From NCBI GenBank assembly GCA_048938855.1, contig JBHLLT010000002.1, positions 160,001-224,000 on the forward strand: a stretch of DNA of 64,000 nucleotides, written 5' to 3'. Below are positions 60,805 to 64,000 of this stretch, one piece after another. The notes under the pieces were generated by a model. That model was not told where the DNA came from. It did no database searches and saw nothing but the letters and a program-made list of their open reading frames with translations. The position numbers and the translations under genes are program-made. This DNA is from Promethearchaeota archaeon. GTDB taxonomy: Archaea > Asgardarchaeota > Lokiarchaeia > Sigyniarchaeales > SOKP01. The first letter of the stretch is position 1, and each line of letters starts with the position of its first letter.

Positions 60805-61122
60805 TTGGGACAACAATGACGGGCTAAATGCGTCAATCGAGGGCTCATAAAAATATTTGAATATATGATGATTATGAAGCGCATGAGTACGCATACACTA
60901 GAGTTGAGTAATCAATACATCTCCTGGAAAAATGGGCTCTTAACTTAGCAACAGATCAACGGTCTAGCAATGAAGTTTGAGTCAGTACCCTAACAGGAAA
61001 CATGATTACGTCCCAAAAAGGCATATAAATTAAAGCCTAGCACGAGAGAACATTTTTGATTTGAAAGGTATATCCTTAATATGAAAAAACAGTGTTAGTG
61101 TTTTAGGCAACAATAATATGCT
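60805..61122 (+). ncRNA. Box H/ACA guide RNA locus with three hairpins (60828-60897, 60922-61002, 61035-61112)
   Basis: Each hairpin has a lower stem, a pocket, an upper stem with K-turn/K-loop, and ACA 14-16 nt from the pocket top; hairpin 1 pocket is complementary to 23S UGC-U-A-CCUCGAU. Confidence 0.8.
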
Positions 61123-61130
61123 GAAATTTT

Positions 61131-61601
61131 TTAAAGCATACCAATGGAATCAGATCTAAATAATTCCTTCATTTCCTTACCTAACTCCGCTTGATCGGTT
61201 TGAAGATACCTGTTTAGAATTAAAGCAATTTTTGGGGACCATTTTTTCATTATAGCTCGAATGAAACCAATTTGAGCATTTTTATCCGCCACAATACATA
61301 AAACTCCTTTTCCAACTTTCATTGAAAAGATCATCCCTTCAAGATATTCGGTAATTTGCAAATCAATAGCCCCATAACCTAGAATATGACCCTGTTCCTC
61401 TCCTGCAACAAAAACAGCACCCCCTATAGCACCAATTTTTTCAACAGAGATCCCATTTTCATCAGAAAATTTAAATTTAGCTTGACTTAAAATCGTTATT
61501 CCTGTATCATCAGTGATGAGCGCAAATTTTAACCCGGGAGCACTATTTATGATTAAGGTTAAAATCTTCTTTAATCTAAGCTCATCCTCAGTGTAACTCA
61601 A
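61131..61601 (-). CDS. Roadblock/LC7 (MglB-like) protein
   Basis: ALITDDTGITI, IGAIGG, AQIGFIR. Confidence 0.85.
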   Translation of the reverse strand: MSYTEDELRLKKILTLIINSAPGLKFALITDDTGITILSQAKFKFSDENGISVEKIGAIGGAVFVAGEEQGHILGYGAIDLQITEYLEGMIFSMKVGKGVLCIVADKNAQIGFIRAIMKKWSPKIALILNRYLQTDQAELGKEMKELFRSDSIGML

Positions 61602-61809
61602 CTATATCTCTACCTATTAAATATTATCTCTTTTCCTATTAGTTTCTTTTAGGTTAAAATATAGTTATTTAAACCAAACTTTATATTTTTACCTTATACT
61701 GACTTGAGATAATGAAGTTATTTTAAATATAAAAATTTAAGTAAACAATGTGTTTCCTTACGAACCGCAACAAAAAACAATTTTAATTTCTTTTCAGTAA
61801 ATTTTTGGG

Positions 61810-62157
61810 TTAGAAAAGCTCTTGTGATTTAATTAAACCTTTTAAAGGTCTTAGCCGACTCTTATATTCTTTAGATTTATCCAATAATACTAATAGCTTG
61901 TAATTTTTAGTTTTGTCTAAATCTCGTTTAATTTGAACTAAATGTGGATCCTCTATAAACCCCCCCTTTTTAACAATTGCAGATAAAGCCAAAGTGTTTT
62001 CAAGTACCCACAATTTCTTCGATATTTTAGACGCGATTGGGAAACCATGGCGATCGGTAATAACTCCGGCAACAAAGCTTGGGAAATTTTTCTCGATCCT
62101 ATATAAAAAATAATTAACCTCACTTTGGTTTATTAGTTTATCCATTCTTTTTAGCAC
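61810..62157 (-). CDS. Roadblock-like protein
   Basis: AGVITDRHGFPIAS. Confidence 0.7.
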   Translation of the reverse strand: MLKRMDKLINQSEVNYFLYRIEKNFPSFVAGVITDRHGFPIASKISKKLWVLENTLALSAIVKKGGFIEDPHLVQIKRDLDKTKNYKLLVLLDKSKEYKSRLRPLKGLIKSQELF

Positions 62158-62330
62158 CTAATCTATCAATATGATCTTATTGATGTTATTATATCATTAA
62201 ATGTTATAATACGAAGATAATACTAATATTGAATTTGAAGAAGGTTTATACGCTCAAAAATTAGAGATTACTCCAATAATATAAAGATAATACAATAATA
62301 TAGAAAAAATTGATTTCTACTAATTTTTAT

Positions 62331-63308
62331 TTATTTATTATTTCTCTTTAATGATATTCCCAAATTTAAATTATCTACAAGTTCACTAAATCGATTTCGA
62401 ACAGTAACTTCAGTTACACAACTTACTCGAGCGATATTTCTTTGAGTTCTTCTTTCATTAGATAGAATACACGAGGCATAAATTGCTGCAGCACAAACTC
62501 CAGTAGGACCTCTCCCAGAGGTTAATCCTCGTTCTTCGGCCATTCTTATTATTGTTTTTGCCGTTTTTTGGCATTGATTAGTTAGACCTAATTCTGAAAT
62601 GAATCTCGTAAGGAAGTCAATTGGTTTAGTAGGATTTAATTCTAAAGATAATTCGTTAGATATAAATCTAAAAGATCTTCCAATTTCTTTCTTATCCACT
62701 CGTGCGACTTCCGCTATTTCATTTAATGTTCGTGGAACCTTATACATTCTACAGGCAGCGTATAAACTAGCAGCAGCCACTCCTTCTATGCTTCTTCCAC
62801 GAATTAAATGGGCTTCAACAGCATCTCGATATATTTTAGCCGAGCATTCTCGCAAATTTTTTTGAAGATCAAGATTAGAAGCCATACGATCAAGTTCACT
62901 TAATGCAAAAGTCAGGTTTCTTTCAGTTGCATCAGATACTCTAATACGACTTTGCCATTTTCTAAGTCTATATATTTGACCTCTTAATTTTGCCGGTATC
63001 TCCTTTCCAAAAATGTCTCTATTTTTCCAATCTATCATAGTACTAAGTCCTTTATCATGGATCATATATGTCATAGGAGCACCTGTCCTCGTTCTTTTCT
63101 TTTTTTGGTCAGCATCAAAAGCTCTCCATTCTGGACCACGGTCAATATGTTTTTCTGAATGCACTAAACCACATTCCTCACAGACTAATAGTCCTCTATT
63201 CTCGTCAAAAAATATATTTTTTCCACATTCCTTACAGATATCAATTTCTGTGTATGAGTCATCCTCCAATACGGATTTTAAATTTCTCCAACTTGAAATA
63301 AAACACAC
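62331..63308 (-). CDS. tfb: Transcription initiation factor IIB
   Basis: Zn ribbon CKEC..CEEC, EWRAF B-reader, two cyclin repeats, TEVTVRNR. Confidence 0.97.
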   Translation of the reverse strand: MCFISSWRNLKSVLEDDSYTEIDICKECGKNIFFDENRGLLVCEECGLVHSEKHIDRGPEWRAFDADQKKKRTRTGAPMTYMIHDKGLSTMIDWKNRDIFGKEIPAKLRGQIYRLRKWQSRIRVSDATERNLTFALSELDRMASNLDLQKNLRECSAKIYRDAVEAHLIRGRSIEGVAAASLYAACRMYKVPRTLNEIAEVARVDKKEIGRSFRFISNELSLELNPTKPIDFLTRFISELGLTNQCQKTAKTIIRMAEERGLTSGRGPTGVCAAAIYASCILSNERRTQRNIARVSCVTEVTVRNRFSELVDNLNLGISLKRNNK

Positions 63309-63357
63309 CTTTTTTTATAATATTCTTGATTTGTACTAGAAAGATTAATTCTGAAAA

Positions 63358-63612
63358 TTAATTTATTTTAGTATAAATTTTGTCGTCGGGGTTAAAAGAT
63401 TGATTAGATAAAGCTTTGATTGAAATAAAGGGAAAATCTATTGGACCGAAAACATCTTTAATAAATCCAATTTTTTCATACTTCTCATTGTACACTGAGT
63501 TTTTAATTATTTGTTCTAATTTATTATTCCATTGTTTTGCTCTAAAGATCTGATGATTTTTTGAGGATTTTCCGAGATAATATAGATTTAATTTAACCCA
63601 GTTCTTTTTCAA
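63358..63612 (-). CDS. gar1: H/ACA RNP subunit Gar1
   Basis: VYNE..IGFIKDVFGPIDFPFISIK; gar1-tfb synteny typical of archaea. Confidence 0.88.
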   Translation of the reverse strand: MKKNWVKLNLYYLGKSSKNHQIFRAKQWNNKLEQIIKNSVYNEKYEKIGFIKDVFGPIDFPFISIKALSNQSFNPDDKIYTKIN

Positions 63613-63766
63613 GAGATCCCCTAGCTAAGTGGATATACAATTTAAAATAAATGATGGTTGTTAATATTTAAATATAATGGTTTTTATTTCCCATTCATAC
63701 AAAAATGGAAACGACAGTTTAACCTGGTTTCAATAAATTTGTCGTTAAAATTATCAAAAAAAGATT

Positions 63767-64000
63767 TTAAATATAGTTTTTCTTTAGATTATACTTTTTC
63801 TTACAATCGCACTTAAATTCTTGCTGTTCTAACTCATCTAAATTTTGGGAAAGTACAAAGTTCTTAAGTTTTTCTCTTGCATAGGTCTCACATTCTTTCT
63901 TCAAACAATTATGAATACCTCTTTTTGTTCCCGCCCCAGAAGGATCAGACAACAATCTTACATTGTTTAAATCCTCCTGACTTACAGAATTTCTTATAGT
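63767..64000 (-). CDS. C-terminal fragment of a radical SAM protein (RaSEA/TIGR01210-like); start lies outside the window
   Basis: Frame open to the window edge; SDPSGAGTKRGIHNC..C..CDC. Confidence 0.65.
   Translation of the reverse strand, partial: TIRNSVSQEDLNNVRLLSDPSGAGTKRGIHNCLKKECETYAREKLKNFVLSQNLDELEQQEFKCDCKKKYNLKKNYI

Noticed and set aside
60805-61122. Interpretation as SRP RNA, RNase P RNA, group I intron, cobalamin riboswitch or SECIS
   Set aside because: No SRP helix-8 CAGG-GNRA-AGCA, no GAGGAAAGUCC or P4 partner, no P/Q/R/S elements, no full B12 box and no adjacent Sec ORF. H/ACA geometry explains all three hairpins.
1265-63339. Antisense or nested ORFs in the track (e.g. 1265-1840, 8549-8872, 17028-17528, 29748-30083, 30843-31199, 63013-63339)
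   Set aside because: They are shadows of well-supported genes and have no motifs of their own.
1-64000. CRISPR arrays, tRNA/rRNA genes, transposases, integrases, provirus
   Set aside because: None recognised by manual reading.

Overview
AT-rich (roughly 30% GC by eye) archaeal chromosome segment, very probably an Asgard archaeon of the Lokiarchaeia type. The evidence is TFB, Gar1, eS26, TrmY, CdhE, and several roadblock, longin and uDENN-like eukaryotic-signature proteins. About 1-32 kb is largely a redox, oxidative-stress and sulfur-trafficking region. It holds a protein disulfide oxidoreductase, FTR with a glutaredoxin, Isf, a non-canonical CooS, an NAD(P)H:rubredoxin oxidoreductase, two unannotated rubredoxins, FprA with an acyl-CoA dehydrogenase, SOR, rubrerythrin, a CoA-disulfide reductase-rhodanese-TusA fusion, and tusA-iscS-iscU with a degenerate TrxR domain on IscU. 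The rest is mostly housekeeping and transport genes. Main observations beyond the ORF track: (1) a ~320-nt intergenic RNA locus at 60805-61122 with three box H/ACA guide hairpins, one complementary to the 23S peptidyl-transferase centre, about 2.2 kb from gar1; (2) apparent ATT start codons on eS26, MobB and a TPR/SNAP-like gene; (3) a CooS-V-like Cys-to-Glu CODH homologue sharing a GAACATGTTC palindrome with its neighbours; (4) a second structured ~160-nt RNA candidate at 32541-32700. I saw no CRISPR array, tRNA, rRNA or transposase.
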